Notes: a model not told the origin generated them from the letters alone. Counted from the first letter of the stretch, positions 17,270 through 25,735 are shown. The stretch is 64,000 nt of DNA from an uncultured Eubacteriales bacterium (GCA_900319345.1 ONNZ01000008.1:14057-78056), one strand, 5' to 3'. Program-made: numbers and translations.

Positions 17270-17422
17270 TTATTCCTCCACAAAGGAATCCTTGTCCAGA
17301 CCGCAGATGGGGCAGGTCCAATCGGCGGGGACCTCCTCCCAGGGGGTGCCGGGGGCGATGCCGTTGTCGGGATCGCCGACCTCGGGATCGTACACATAGC
17401 CGCAGGGGCAAACGTACTTCAT
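17270..17422 (-). CDS. rubredoxin (50 aa; below the ORF-track size cutoff)
   Basis: My translation: [50 protein letters not shown]. It has CxxG...CPxCG pairs, and GGAGAA lies upstream. Confidence 0.9.
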   Translation of the reverse strand: MKYVCPCGYVYDPEVGDPDNGIAPGTPWEEVPADWTCPICGLDKDSFVEE

Positions 17423-17447
17423 AGCTGGTTCTCCTTTCGTATGTTGG

Positions 17448-17822
17448 TTATGCTTTCCACAGACCGTGGAGATTGCAGTAGGCGTAGACCGCCTCCACCT
17501 CGTCGCCGTCGGTGAGGGCGAAGGTGACCTCGGGGGCGCCGTCCACCACCAGGGCCTTGCGCTGGTTGCCGGCCTTGGTCTGCAGGCTCACCCACTCGAT
17601 GTGATGGGCCGCCAGCATGGGATGGGGGGCGGAGCCCACCTGAACCTTCACCAGATTCCCCTCCACGGTGTACACGGGCACGTGCTTCTCCTGGGAAGCG
17701 TCGGTGGTGTTGGGGACGATCTCCTTCATCTTCTGGCCGCAGCAGACCACGGGCACGCCGGAGGGCTTCACCATGGCGATGATGTTGCCGCAGATTTCAC
17801 AAACGAAAAACCTCTGTTCCAT
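17448..17822 (-). CDS. dfx: desulfoferrodoxin (2Fe superoxide reductase)
   Basis: N-terminal desulforedoxin CEICGN...VCCG plus an SOR domain (HVPV...HPM...HHIEW...CNLHGLW). Confidence 0.9.
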   Translation of the reverse strand: MEQRFFVCEICGNIIAMVKPSGVPVVCCGQKMKEIVPNTTDASQEKHVPVYTVEGNLVKVQVGSAPHPMLAAHHIEWVSLQTKAGNQRKALVVDGAPEVTFALTDGDEVEAVYAYCNLHGLWKA

Positions 17823-17831
17823 AACTCCTCC

Positions 17832-18368
17832 TCAATAGTTGTCGGCAGACACTTCAAAGTAGCTCTGGGGATGGGCGCAGGTGGGGCAGACTTCGGGGGC
17901 GCGGACGCCCACCACGATGTGGCCGCAGTTGCGGCACTCCCATACCTTCACCTCGCTCTTTTCGAAGACGGCCTTGGTCTCCACGTTCTTCAGCAGCGCC
18001 CGATACCGCTCCTCGTGGTGCTTCTCGATGGCGCCCACCAGGCGGAACTTCTCGGCGAGCTCAGCAAAGCCCTCCGCTTCGGCGGTCTTGGCGAAGCCCT
18101 CGTACATGTCGGTCCACTCGTAGTTCTCGCCCTCGGCGGCGGCCAGCAGGTTCTCGGCGGTGGAGCCGATGCCCTCCAGCTCCTTGAACCACATCTTGGC
18201 ATGCTCCTTCTCGTTGTCGGCGGTCATGAGGAACAGGGCGGCGATCTGCTCGTACCCCTCCTTCTTCGCCTTGGAGGCGAAGTAGGTGTACTTGTTCCTG
18301 GCCTGGGACTCGCCTGCGAAGGCGGCCTGCAGATTCTTCTCGGTTTGGGTTCCGGCGTACTTGTTCAT
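17832..18368 (-). CDS. rbr: rubrerythrin
   Basis: Ferritin-like ExxH diiron motifs plus a C-terminal rubredoxin-like CRNCG...CPTC. Confidence 0.92.
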   Translation of the reverse strand: MNKYAGTQTEKNLQAAFAGESQARNKYTYFASKAKKEGYEQIAALFLMTADNEKEHAKMWFKELEGIGSTAENLLAAAEGENYEWTDMYEGFAKTAEAEGFAELAEKFRLVGAIEKHHEERYRALLKNVETKAVFEKSEVKVWECRNCGHIVVGVRAPEVCPTCAHPQSYFEVSADNY

Positions 18369-18389
18369 GGGTATCTCCTTTTCTTTAGC

Positions 18390-20180
18390 TCATTGTATGG
18401 GTTCGAAATCCGCCGCACCGTGCTTGCACAGGGGGCAGATGAAATCGTCGGGCAGGGTCTCGCCCTCGTAGACGTAGCCGCAGATCTTGCACACGAAGCC
18501 CTTCTTGCCCTCGGTGGCGGGGCGGGGCTTCACGTGGGCGTGGTAGAAGGCGTAGGTCATGGAGGGGGCGTTGCTGATGACCCGGGCTTCGGTCACGTCG
18601 CAGATGAACATGCCGTGGGTGCCGAGGTCGATATACTGGATCACCTTCAGGGACATGACGGCGTTCACGTACTTCCTCAGCATCACGAGGCCGTTGTCCG
18701 TCCGGGTCAGGGTCTCCCCGGCGAACTTGTCCGCCGTCCGGCCGGACTGGAAGCCGAAGTTCTCGAAGACGGAGAAGGGCGCTTCCTCGGAGAGGATGTT
18801 CAGGTTCATGATGCCGGTCTGCTGGATCACGTGGTGGGAATAGTTCATCTTGTTGATGGTGACGGCGATCCTATTGGGCTGGCTGGTGACCTGGGCCACG
18901 GTGTTGACGATGAGGCCGTTGTCCTTCTTGCCGTCGTTGGAGGTGACGACATACAGGCCGTAGCCGATCTTGAAGAGGGCGGTCATGTCGTTTTTGTTGG
19001 CGGTCTCGGAGGACAGGGCCTGGTAGTTCTTGCAGAGCTCGGCACTGAGGGCGTCGATCTCCTCCTTGTTGGCTGCGCTCATGGCGGACTTGATATGGAC
19101 CGCGGTCTCGGCGAAGGTCAGGTTCTTGCAGGAGGACAGCTTCTCCTTCATGACCTTGAAGGCCATGGGGGCCCAGGAGCCGTTCTCGATGAAGGCCACG
19201 GTGCGGTTCTGGAAGTTCCGCTCGGTCAAATGATCGATGAACTCCCGCATGAAGGGGTAGATGTCCGCGTTATAGGTGGTGGTAGCCAGCACCAGCTTCC
19301 CGTAGCGGAAGGCGTCGGAGACGGCCAGGGACATATCGGTCCGGGCCAGGTCATGGACCACTACCTTGGGGCAACCGCCCTGGCGGAGCTTGTCCGCCAG
19401 CAACTCCACCGCCTTGCGGGTGTGGCCGTAGACGGAGGTGTAGGCGATGACGATGCCCTCGGTCTCCACGGAATAGGAAGCCCAGGTCTGGTAGAGCTTG
19501 ATGTAGTGCCCCAGGTCCTTGTCCAGGACGGGGCCGTGCAGCGGGCAGATGGTGGCGATGTCCAGGCCCGCCGCCTTCTTGAGGAGGTTCATGGCCTGGG
19601 CGCCGTACTTGCCCACGATGCCGATGTAGTACCGGCGGGCCTCGTCGTCCCAGGGCTCGGAGCGGTCCAGGGCCCCGAACTTGCCGAAGGCGTCCGCGGA
19701 GAAGAGGACCTTGTCGGCGCTGTCGTAGGTCACCATGACCTCGGGCCAGTGGACCATGGGCGCGAAGACGAAGGTGAGGGTGTGGCGGCCCAGAACAAGG
19801 GTGCCGCCGTTCTCCGCCACCTGGCGGTTCTTCACCAGATCTGGCCCGAAGAAGTTGTCCATCATGGCGAAGGCCTTGGCGGTGGCCACCACGGTGGCCT
19901 GGGGATAGGTCTTCAGGAAGCTGTCGATGTTGGCGGAATGGTCCGGCTCCATGTGCTGGACGATGAGATAATCGGGCTTGCGGCCAGAGAGCGCATCCTC
20001 CAGATTGTCCAGCCATTCGTGGGTGAAGTGCTGATCCACGGTGTCCATGACGGCCACCTTCTCGTCCAAAATGAGATAGGAGTTGTAGCACATGCCGTTG
20101 GGGACCTTGTACTGGCCCTCGAACAGGTCCACCTTGTGATCGTTGACGCCCACGTACAGGATATCGCTTGTAATCTTCAT
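18390..20180 (-). CDS. multidomain flavodiiron protein (MBL-diiron + flavodoxin + flavin-reductase-like + rubredoxin)
   Basis: HMEPDHS diiron motif and a flavodoxin-like middle region. Flavin-reductase-like segment GLYVVTSNDGKKDNGLIVNTVAQV. C-terminal CKICGYVYEG...CPLCKHG. ATG 20180 preferred (GAAGGGG 7 nt upstream) over GTG 20186. Confidence 0.85.
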   Translation of the reverse strand: MKITSDILYVGVNDHKVDLFEGQYKVPNGMCYNSYLILDEKVAVMDTVDQHFTHEWLDNLEDALSGRKPDYLIVQHMEPDHSANIDSFLKTYPQATVVATAKAFAMMDNFFGPDLVKNRQVAENGGTLVLGRHTLTFVFAPMVHWPEVMVTYDSADKVLFSADAFGKFGALDRSEPWDDEARRYYIGIVGKYGAQAMNLLKKAAGLDIATICPLHGPVLDKDLGHYIKLYQTWASYSVETEGIVIAYTSVYGHTRKAVELLADKLRQGGCPKVVVHDLARTDMSLAVSDAFRYGKLVLATTTYNADIYPFMREFIDHLTERNFQNRTVAFIENGSWAPMAFKVMKEKLSSCKNLTFAETAVHIKSAMSAANKEEIDALSAELCKNYQALSSETANKNDMTALFKIGYGLYVVTSNDGKKDNGLIVNTVAQVTSQPNRIAVTINKMNYSHHVIQQTGIMNLNILSEEAPFSVFENFGFQSGRTADKFAGETLTRTDNGLVMLRKYVNAVMSLKVIQYIDLGTHGMFICDVTEARVISNAPSMTYAFYHAHVKPRPATEGKKGFVCKICGYVYEGETLPDDFICPLCKHGAADFEPIQ

Positions 20181-20210
20181 AGTCACGCCCCTTCTTGATT
20201 TGTCGAAATT

Positions 20211-20240
20211 ATTATACTATACTCACAGGAGAAAAGGCAA
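20211..20240 (-). promoter_or_regulatory. candidate promoter of the oxygen-detoxification operon
   Basis: Minus strand reads TTGCCT, 18-nt spacer, TATAAT, embedded in AT-rich AGTATAGTATAATAATTT. That AT-rich stretch is a possible Fur/PerR-type site, unproven. Confidence 0.35.
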
Positions 20241-20311
20241 CAGAAACATTCGCTGAAGAAGCTGGCCTGCGAGGCTTCGAAACAGACAAATCGGAATTTA
20301 TGGAGGGAACC

Positions 20312-20752
20312 ATGATTGTTGCAGTGGATAGAACGAACTTGTTTCAAGCCGCAGTGATCCATGCAATCGCTTGGAAAGAATCGCACCGTTCTTTCTGCGC
20401 GCCTGATTTTGTCGAAATGCACACGCCCGAACGGCAGCAGGGATATATTCAAAACAAAATGAAGGGCGGAAGCAGATTCTATATGCTGATGGAAGAGGAA
20501 CCGATCGGCATTGTTTCGGTCAAAGATAGTCTGATTGAAGACCTCTATATTCTCCCGGAGAAACAGAAAATGGGCTATGGCACAAAACTGCTGCAATTCG
20601 CGATTGAACAATGCGCCGCCGTCCCCACTTTGTGGATCCTTGAGAACAACACCGACGCAAAACGCCTGTATCACAAAATGGGATTTCAAGAAACAGGCAG
20701 AATTCACGCGATCACCGATGGCCTTGATGAGATTGAACTCTCATATATATAA
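20312..20752 (+). CDS. GNAT family N-acetyltransferase (compositionally atypical)
   Basis: QKMGYGTKLLQFAIE and AKRLYHKMGFQETG motifs. ATG 20312 lies 5 nt after GGAGG. The gene is visibly AT-richer than its neighbours. Confidence 0.8.
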   Translation: MIVAVDRTNLFQAAVIHAIAWKESHRSFCAPDFVEMHTPERQQGYIQNKMKGGSRFYMLMEEEPIGIVSVKDSLIEDLYILPEKQKMGYGTKLLQFAIEQCAAVPTLWILENNTDAKRLYHKMGFQETGRIHAITDGLDEIELSYI

Positions 20753-20778
20753 ATTCCGGTTTATCGAGGAGGGAATCC

Positions 20779-21279
20779 ATGGAGCCCGCAGAGTGGTTTT
20801 TACCCACCCATATCGTCTCCGCCGGGGCCATCGTGCTGGATGACCGAGACGAGGTGCTGCTGGTCAAGGACGTTCGGAAGGACGCCTGGACCTTCCCCGG
20901 CGGCATCGTAGAGGAGGGGGAAGGCCTCCTGGACGGGGTGAAATGGGAGGTGCTGGAGGAAACCGGGATCGAGGTCGAGGTGGGCCAGCTTTTCTGCGTC
21001 ACCTCCAACACCTGCAAGCACCCCGGCTACAACGGCGTCAGGGAGGTGCCCCCCAAGGTCATGCTGGACTTCGTCTGCCGGGCCATCGGCGGCACGCCCC
21101 GGCCCTCGGAGGAAAACTCCCAAACCGCCTGGTTCCCCCTGGATGAGGCCCGTGCGCTCATCACGGCCCCAGCCCTCGCGGTGCGGTTCCAGGCCTATTT
21201 AGCTTACGCCGGCCGCCCCGTGTTCCTCGAATACGTCACCTGGCCGACTTATGAGCTGAAAGCGAAGGGGACCATATGA
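20779..21279 (+). CDS. NUDIX hydrolase
   Basis: Nudix box GGIVEEGEGLLDGVKWEVLEETGI. Confidence 0.88.
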   Translation: MEPAEWFLPTHIVSAGAIVLDDRDEVLLVKDVRKDAWTFPGGIVEEGEGLLDGVKWEVLEETGIEVEVGQLFCVTSNTCKHPGYNGVREVPPKVMLDFVCRAIGGTPRPSEENSQTAWFPLDEARALITAPALAVRFQAYLAYAGRPVFLEYVTWPTYELKAKGTI

Positions 21280-21791
21280 GGACAAAGGAAACCATGGAAA
21301 GCATGAAACTGATCGAAATACAAAGAAGCGACGCCCACCGGCTGGCCCCCTTGGTGGCCGCCTTTCGGGTGACCTTGAACGGGTATCGAGGCGTCGCGTC
21401 GGAGCCGGACGTGCCGGCGGGCCGGGCGGAGATCGTCGAATTTTTGGACGCTGGCATGCCCGTGTTCGCCGTGGAGGCGGAGGGCGAACTGGCCGGCTAT
21501 ATGGTCTGCCGGATCGATGCGCCCTGCCTGTGGGTGGAACACCTCTATGTCCGGGACGAATACCGTCGCCGGGGCGTCGCTACCCTGCTCTTTGAGAAGG
21601 CTGAGGAACTGGCCCACGCCATGGGGGAGGACACAGTGTTCAACTTCGTCCACCCCAACAACCGGAGCATGATCGACTTTCTTCGTGATAAGGGGTACAC
21701 GGTCCTAAACATGATCGAGATACGCAAGCCCTACCCGGGCGAACGGATCACCACCACCATCCCCGTGGGGGACGCGGTTTTCGATTACTGA
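21276..21791 (+). CDS. GNAT family N-acetyltransferase
   Basis: YRRRGVATLLFEKAEELA motif. Start uncertain: ATG 21276 overlaps the upstream stop, with alternative ATGs 6 and 9 codons in. Confidence 0.75.
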   Translation: MRTKETMESMKLIEIQRSDAHRLAPLVAAFRVTLNGYRGVASEPDVPAGRAEIVEFLDAGMPVFAVEAEGELAGYMVCRIDAPCLWVEHLYVRDEYRRRGVATLLFEKAEELAHAMGEDTVFNFVHPNNRSMIDFLRDKGYTVLNMIEIRKPYPGERITTTIPVGDAVFDY

Positions 21792-21801
21792 GGGGGCCGG
21801 G

Positions 21802-22278
21802 ATGAAGATACATATCGTGGGCGGCCCCGGCAGCGGCAAGACCTACCTGGCCCAAAAGCTGTCCCGGGAACTGGGCATCCCCCACTATGATCTCGACGAC
21901 ATCCAGTGGGCCAACGAATCGGGCTACGGGAAGAAGCGGGACACAGGAGAACGGGACGCCCTGCTGGAACAGATTTTGCAGCGGGACGACTGGATCATGG
22001 AGGGCGTATACTACGCCTGGTGCGGCCGGTGCTTTGAGGACGCGGACAGGATCTACCTGCTGACCGTGCCCCGCCGGGTCTACCGCTACCGCATCCTCCG
22101 GCGGTTCCTCCGACGGAAGCTGGGACTGGAACCGGGCAAAAAGGAGACCCTCAAATCCCTCTCCGCCCTTCTACAATGGGCGGACAAGTACCAACGGGTG
22201 AACCTGGTGGAGATACGTAAGCTTTTGGAAGCGTACCCGGAAAAAGTGATGGAGCTTTCGGAGAAGGTGGGTGAATAG
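21802..22278 (+). CDS. P-loop NTPase / adenylate-kinase-like (topology-modulation FlaR-like) protein
   Basis: Walker A motif IVGGPGSGKTYLA; small 158-aa kinase-fold architecture. Confidence 0.7.
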   Translation: MKIHIVGGPGSGKTYLAQKLSRELGIPHYDLDDIQWANESGYGKKRDTGERDALLEQILQRDDWIMEGVYYAWCGRCFEDADRIYLLTVPRRVYRYRILRRFLRRKLGLEPGKKETLKSLSALLQWADKYQRVNLVEIRKLLEAYPEKVMELSEKVGE

Positions 22279-23079
22279 ATGGCCTATATCGTGGAAATCC
22301 AGGATTTTTCCGTCCCCGAGCTGGACGTGTACGCCCGGCTGACGGAGAACCAGCTGAAGAACCGGCTGCGGCCAAAGGACGGGCTGTTTATCGCCGAGAG
22401 CCCCAAGGTGATATGCACGGCCCTGGACGCGGGGCTGGTGCCCGTGTCGCTGCTCACCGAGCGGCGGCATATACAGGGCCAGGCCGCAGCCCTTTTGGCC
22501 CGGTTGGGGGATATCCCCGTGTACACCGCCGACGACGGGCTTTTGTCGAAGCTCACGGGCTACGACCTGACCCGGGGCGTGCTCTGCGCCATGCGCCGGC
22601 CGGCGGAGAGATCGGCCGGGTCGGTTTTGCAGGGCACGCACCGGGTGGCGGTTTTGGAAAACATCGTGGATTCCACCAACCTGGGGGCCATCTTCCGCTC
22701 CGCCGCCGCCCTGGGCATGGATGCCGTGCTCCTCTCCCCCGCCTGCTGCGACCCGCTGCTAAGGCGCTCGGTGCGGGTCAGCATGGGCACCGTGTTCCAG
22801 GTCCCCTGGGCGCGGCTGGACGATCTCGATACCCTGAAGCAGGCGGGCTTCGTCACCTTGGCCATGGCCCTGAAGCCCGACGCCCTGTCTCTGGACGATC
22901 CCAGATTGCAGACCTTCCACAAGCTGGCCATCGTCCTGGGCACCGAGGGGGACGGGCTGACCCGCGAGACCATCGAGGGCTGCGATTACACCGTCATGAT
23001 CCCCATGGCCCACGGGGTGGACTCCCTGAACGTGGGGAACGCCGCCGCCGTGGCCTTCTGGGCGCTGCGGCGGAAGTGA
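22279..23079 (+). CDS. TrmH/SpoU family RNA 2'-O-methyltransferase
   Basis: SpoU motifs NLGAIFRSAAALG, IVLGTEGDGL and IPMAHGVDSLNVGNAAAV. Confidence 0.88.
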   Translation: MAYIVEIQDFSVPELDVYARLTENQLKNRLRPKDGLFIAESPKVICTALDAGLVPVSLLTERRHIQGQAAALLARLGDIPVYTADDGLLSKLTGYDLTRGVLCAMRRPAERSAGSVLQGTHRVAVLENIVDSTNLGAIFRSAAALGMDAVLLSPACCDPLLRRSVRVSMGTVFQVPWARLDDLDTLKQAGFVTLAMALKPDALSLDDPRLQTFHKLAIVLGTEGDGLTRETIEGCDYTVMIPMAHGVDSLNVGNAAAVAFWALRRK

Positions 23080-23091
23080 AGAAGGAAGTAA

Positions 23092-23121
23092 AAAAGAGCC
23101 GTCCGGCGGACGGCCCTTTTT
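23092..23121. terminator. bidirectional intrinsic terminator
   Basis: AAAAAGA-GCCGTCCG/GCGGACGGC-CCTTTTTA between convergent genes. Confidence 0.8.
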
Positions 23122-23136
23122 ATGTTCAAAAACCGC

Positions 23137-24558
23137 TTATACGATGGCGAAGAACTTGACGATGAACAGGAGCGAGATGACGTAGGTCAGGATGGAGACC
23201 TCCTTGGCCTTGCCGGAGAAGACCTTGATGACGGTGTAGCAGATCATGGCGAGGCCGATGCCGTGGCCGATGGAGCCGGAGATGGGCATGGCGATGAGCA
23301 TGATGAACACGGGCACGATCTGGTCGATGTCGTTGAAGTTGATATTCTGCAGGCCCTGGAGCATCAGGATGCCCACGAAGATCAGGGCGGAGCTGGTGGC
23401 CGCGGGGGGAATGATAGCCGCGATAGGGGCGAGGAAGATGCAGGTGAGGAACATGAAGGACGCGGTCAGGGCCGTGAGGCCCGTCCGGCCCCCCGCCTCC
23501 ACGCCGGAAGCGGACTCCACGAAGGTGGTCACCGTGGAGGTGCCCATGAGGGCGCCAGATACCGTGCCCACGGCGTCAGCCAGCAGCGCCTCCTTCAGCT
23601 TGGGCATGTTGCCGTCCTTGTCGGTCATGCCCGCCCGGGAGGCGGTGCCCACCAGGGTGCCGATGGTGTCGAACATGTCGATCATACAGAAGGTGATGAT
23701 GAGGGTGATGGACGTGAACCAGCCGATTTGGAAGAAGCCCTTGAAGTCGAACTTGAAGAGGGTGGTGTCGGCCATGTCCTTAAAGGGCGGCAGCCAGGAG
23801 GCGGCGGCCAGGGACGCGAAGGGGTTCTCCCCCAGGAAAAGGGCCTGGCCCACCCAGTAGATCACGGAGGAGGCCAGCATACCCAGCAGCACCGCCGCCT
23901 TCACGCCCTTCTTCGACAGGATCACGATGACGAACAGGCCGATGAACATGGTCACCACCGTCAGCACCAGCTTGGCGTAGCCGGTGCCCGCCTGGCCCTG
24001 GAGCACGCTGGGGGTCATGGCGCCGAAGAAGTCCCGCATGGCGTAGAAGGGGCCGCCGGTCTCGGAGTAGATGCCCGCGTTGGACCCGAGGCCGATGTTG
24101 AGGAGCATGAGGCCGATGGAGGGGCCGATGCCCAGCCGGACCCCCAGGGGGATGGCGTGGACGATCTTGTCCCGGATGTTGAATACGGAAAGCAGGATGA
24201 ACACGATGCCCTCCACCAGGATGATGACCAGGGCGGCCTGGAAAGCGCTCTCGTAGTTGGTGTTCAACATGGCGGCGATGTTCCCCGCGATGACGGCGAA
24301 GAAGCTGTTGAGGCCCATGCCCGGGGCCATAACGAAGGGCTTGTTGGCCAGGAACGCCATGGCCGTGGTGCCCACGGCGGAGGCGAGGCAGGTAGCCAAA
24401 AAGACGCCGTTCCACAGGGGCGTCCCCACGGCGAAGTTGGTCAGCAGGTTGGGGTTCAGGGCGATGATGTACGCCATGGTCATGAAAGTGGTGAGGCCCG
24501 CCAGGATCTCGGTGCGGACCGTGGTCTGGTTCGCTTTGAGCCGGAACAGTTTTTCCAT
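23137..24558 (-). CDS. NCS2/AzgA family purine (adenine/guanine/hypoxanthine) permease
   Basis: MEKLFRLKANQTTVRTEILAGLTTFMTMAYIIALNP is a canonical AzgA/PbuG N-terminus. Start ATG 24558 with AAAGGAG; the track ORF carries a 47-aa extension. Confidence 0.9.
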   Translation of the reverse strand: MEKLFRLKANQTTVRTEILAGLTTFMTMAYIIALNPNLLTNFAVGTPLWNGVFLATCLASAVGTTAMAFLANKPFVMAPGMGLNSFFAVIAGNIAAMLNTNYESAFQAALVIILVEGIVFILLSVFNIRDKIVHAIPLGVRLGIGPSIGLMLLNIGLGSNAGIYSETGGPFYAMRDFFGAMTPSVLQGQAGTGYAKLVLTVVTMFIGLFVIVILSKKGVKAAVLLGMLASSVIYWVGQALFLGENPFASLAAASWLPPFKDMADTTLFKFDFKGFFQIGWFTSITLIITFCMIDMFDTIGTLVGTASRAGMTDKDGNMPKLKEALLADAVGTVSGALMGTSTVTTFVESASGVEAGGRTGLTALTASFMFLTCIFLAPIAAIIPPAATSSALIFVGILMLQGLQNINFNDIDQIVPVFIMLIAMPISGSIGHGIGLAMICYTVIKVFSGKAKEVSILTYVISLLFIVKFFAIV

Positions 24559-24724
24559 ACGTGCGCTCCTTTCGCATGCTTTGGGGAGAGGGCAGCCTGT
24601 TTCGTATATATCATAGCACCATCCCGGGCCGCTGACAATGCGCCCGGGGCAAAAATCGCCTGTCACCACGGTCCCGCGGCGCAGCATAGTATATACCACC
24701 TACACTCTCTAAGGAGGATATGCC
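24559..24724. other. 166-nt divergent intergenic region with a long-range AT-rich inverted repeat enclosing a GC-rich core
   Basis: gtatatatcatagc (24602-24615) pairs imperfectly with gcatagtatatac (24684-24696), a separation of about 68 nt. GC-rich sub-palindromes (CCCGGGC/GCCCGGG, GACA/TGTC) lie in between. Confidence 0.5.
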
Positions 24725-25588
24725 ATGCTCACCTTTACCAACCAGGCCGCCCTGTCCTACCGGAACCGGGTGCGCTATTCCAATCTGACCACGGGCCAGA
24801 TCGCCGACGCCCTCACCGTTTCCAAGTCCGCCCTCTCCGGCACCTACGAGGCCGACGGGGACGTGACCTACGTGGTGCGCCTCGATAACAACGGCGCCGC
24901 GCCCCTGACGGACCTAAGTCTCACCGACGATCTCGGTGGCTACGCCTTCGACCAGACCACCGTCTACCCCCTCAGCTACCGAGCGGATTCCCTGCACTAC
25001 TACGTGAACGGCGTGGAGCAGCCCGCCCCCACCGTGACCCCCGGCGCGCCGCTGATCGTCTCCGGCATCTCGGTGCCCGCGGGCGGGAACGCGCTCCTGG
25101 TCTACGAGGCGACGGTGACCGAGTTCGCCTCCCCCGCCGAGGAGGGCAGCATCACGAATACCGTTACCGCATCCGGCGGCGGGCTCACCGCCCCCGTCAC
25201 CGCCTCCGCCACCATTTCCGCCGCGGCCGGGCCGGAGCTGGCCATCACCAAGGCCCTGACCCCCGAGACCGTGGGCGCGGATCGGCAGGTGACCTACACC
25301 TTCACCATCGAGAACGAGGGCAACGCCGCCACCAGCCCCGAGGATCAGGTGACCGTCACGGACACCTTCGACCCGGCCCTCACCAACCTCACCGTGACTC
25401 TGGACGGGGCGCCCCTCGCCCAGCCCGGCGGCTACACCTATGACGAATCTACCGGCGCCTTCGCCACCGTGCCCGGCATCCTCACCGTCCCTGCCGCCAC
25501 CTACACCCAGGACCCAGCCACCGGCGTCTACACCGCCGAGCCCGGGGAAGCGGTGCTTGTGGTCACGGGAACCATACAGACCAATTGA
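24725..25588 (+). CDS. DUF11 (conserved repeat domain) protein, two tandem Ig-like modules, no signal peptide
   Basis: FTNQAALSYRN... N-terminus; LTVSKSA and LAITKALTPETV module starts; ITNTVTASG. AAGGAGGA RBS. Confidence 0.7.
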   Translation: MLTFTNQAALSYRNRVRYSNLTTGQIADALTVSKSALSGTYEADGDVTYVVRLDNNGAAPLTDLSLTDDLGGYAFDQTTVYPLSYRADSLHYYVNGVEQPAPTVTPGAPLIVSGISVPAGGNALLVYEATVTEFASPAEEGSITNTVTASGGGLTAPVTASATISAAAGPELAITKALTPETVGADRQVTYTFTIENEGNAATSPEDQVTVTDTFDPALTNLTVTLDGAPLAQPGGYTYDESTGAFATVPGILTVPAATYTQDPATGVYTAEPGEAVLVVTGTIQTN

Positions 25589-25590
25589 GT

Positions 25591-25735
25591 TTTCTTTTGC
25601 CGCTTTTTCTTTTCATGAGAAAAGAAAAAGCGGCGGAAAAAGAGAAACTTAAGAAGAAAAGGAGGACTATGCGATGCCATAGCCCTCTTCTTAAGTTCTT
25701 TTGGCGTTCCCTTTTCTTTCAAGAAAGGGGGCGAA
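25591..25735. repeat. AG/CT-rich nested-hairpin repeat family, full copy B
   Basis: Hairpins at 25599-25634 (gccgctttttcttttc-atga-gaaaagaaaaagcggc), 25664-25685 (ggactatg-cgatgc-catagccc) and 25705-25733. The inner flanks are inverted copies (gaaacttaagaaga / tcttcttaagttc). Confidence 0.8.

Noticed and set aside
14000-17515. 1171-aa plus-strand ORF, the largest in the track
   Set aside because: It is antisense to four well-supported minus-strand genes (SPFH, phosphodiester glycosidase, PepO, rubredoxin). The translation is Gly/Arg/Pro/His-rich low-complexity sequence with no motifs, a classic stop-poor antisense frame in GC-rich DNA.
24559-24724. Classical guanine/adenine (purine) riboswitch upstream of the NCS2 permease
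   Set aside because: I could not find the conserved junction and loop sequences of the purine aptamer on the relevant strand. It is kept only as an unclassified structured leader.
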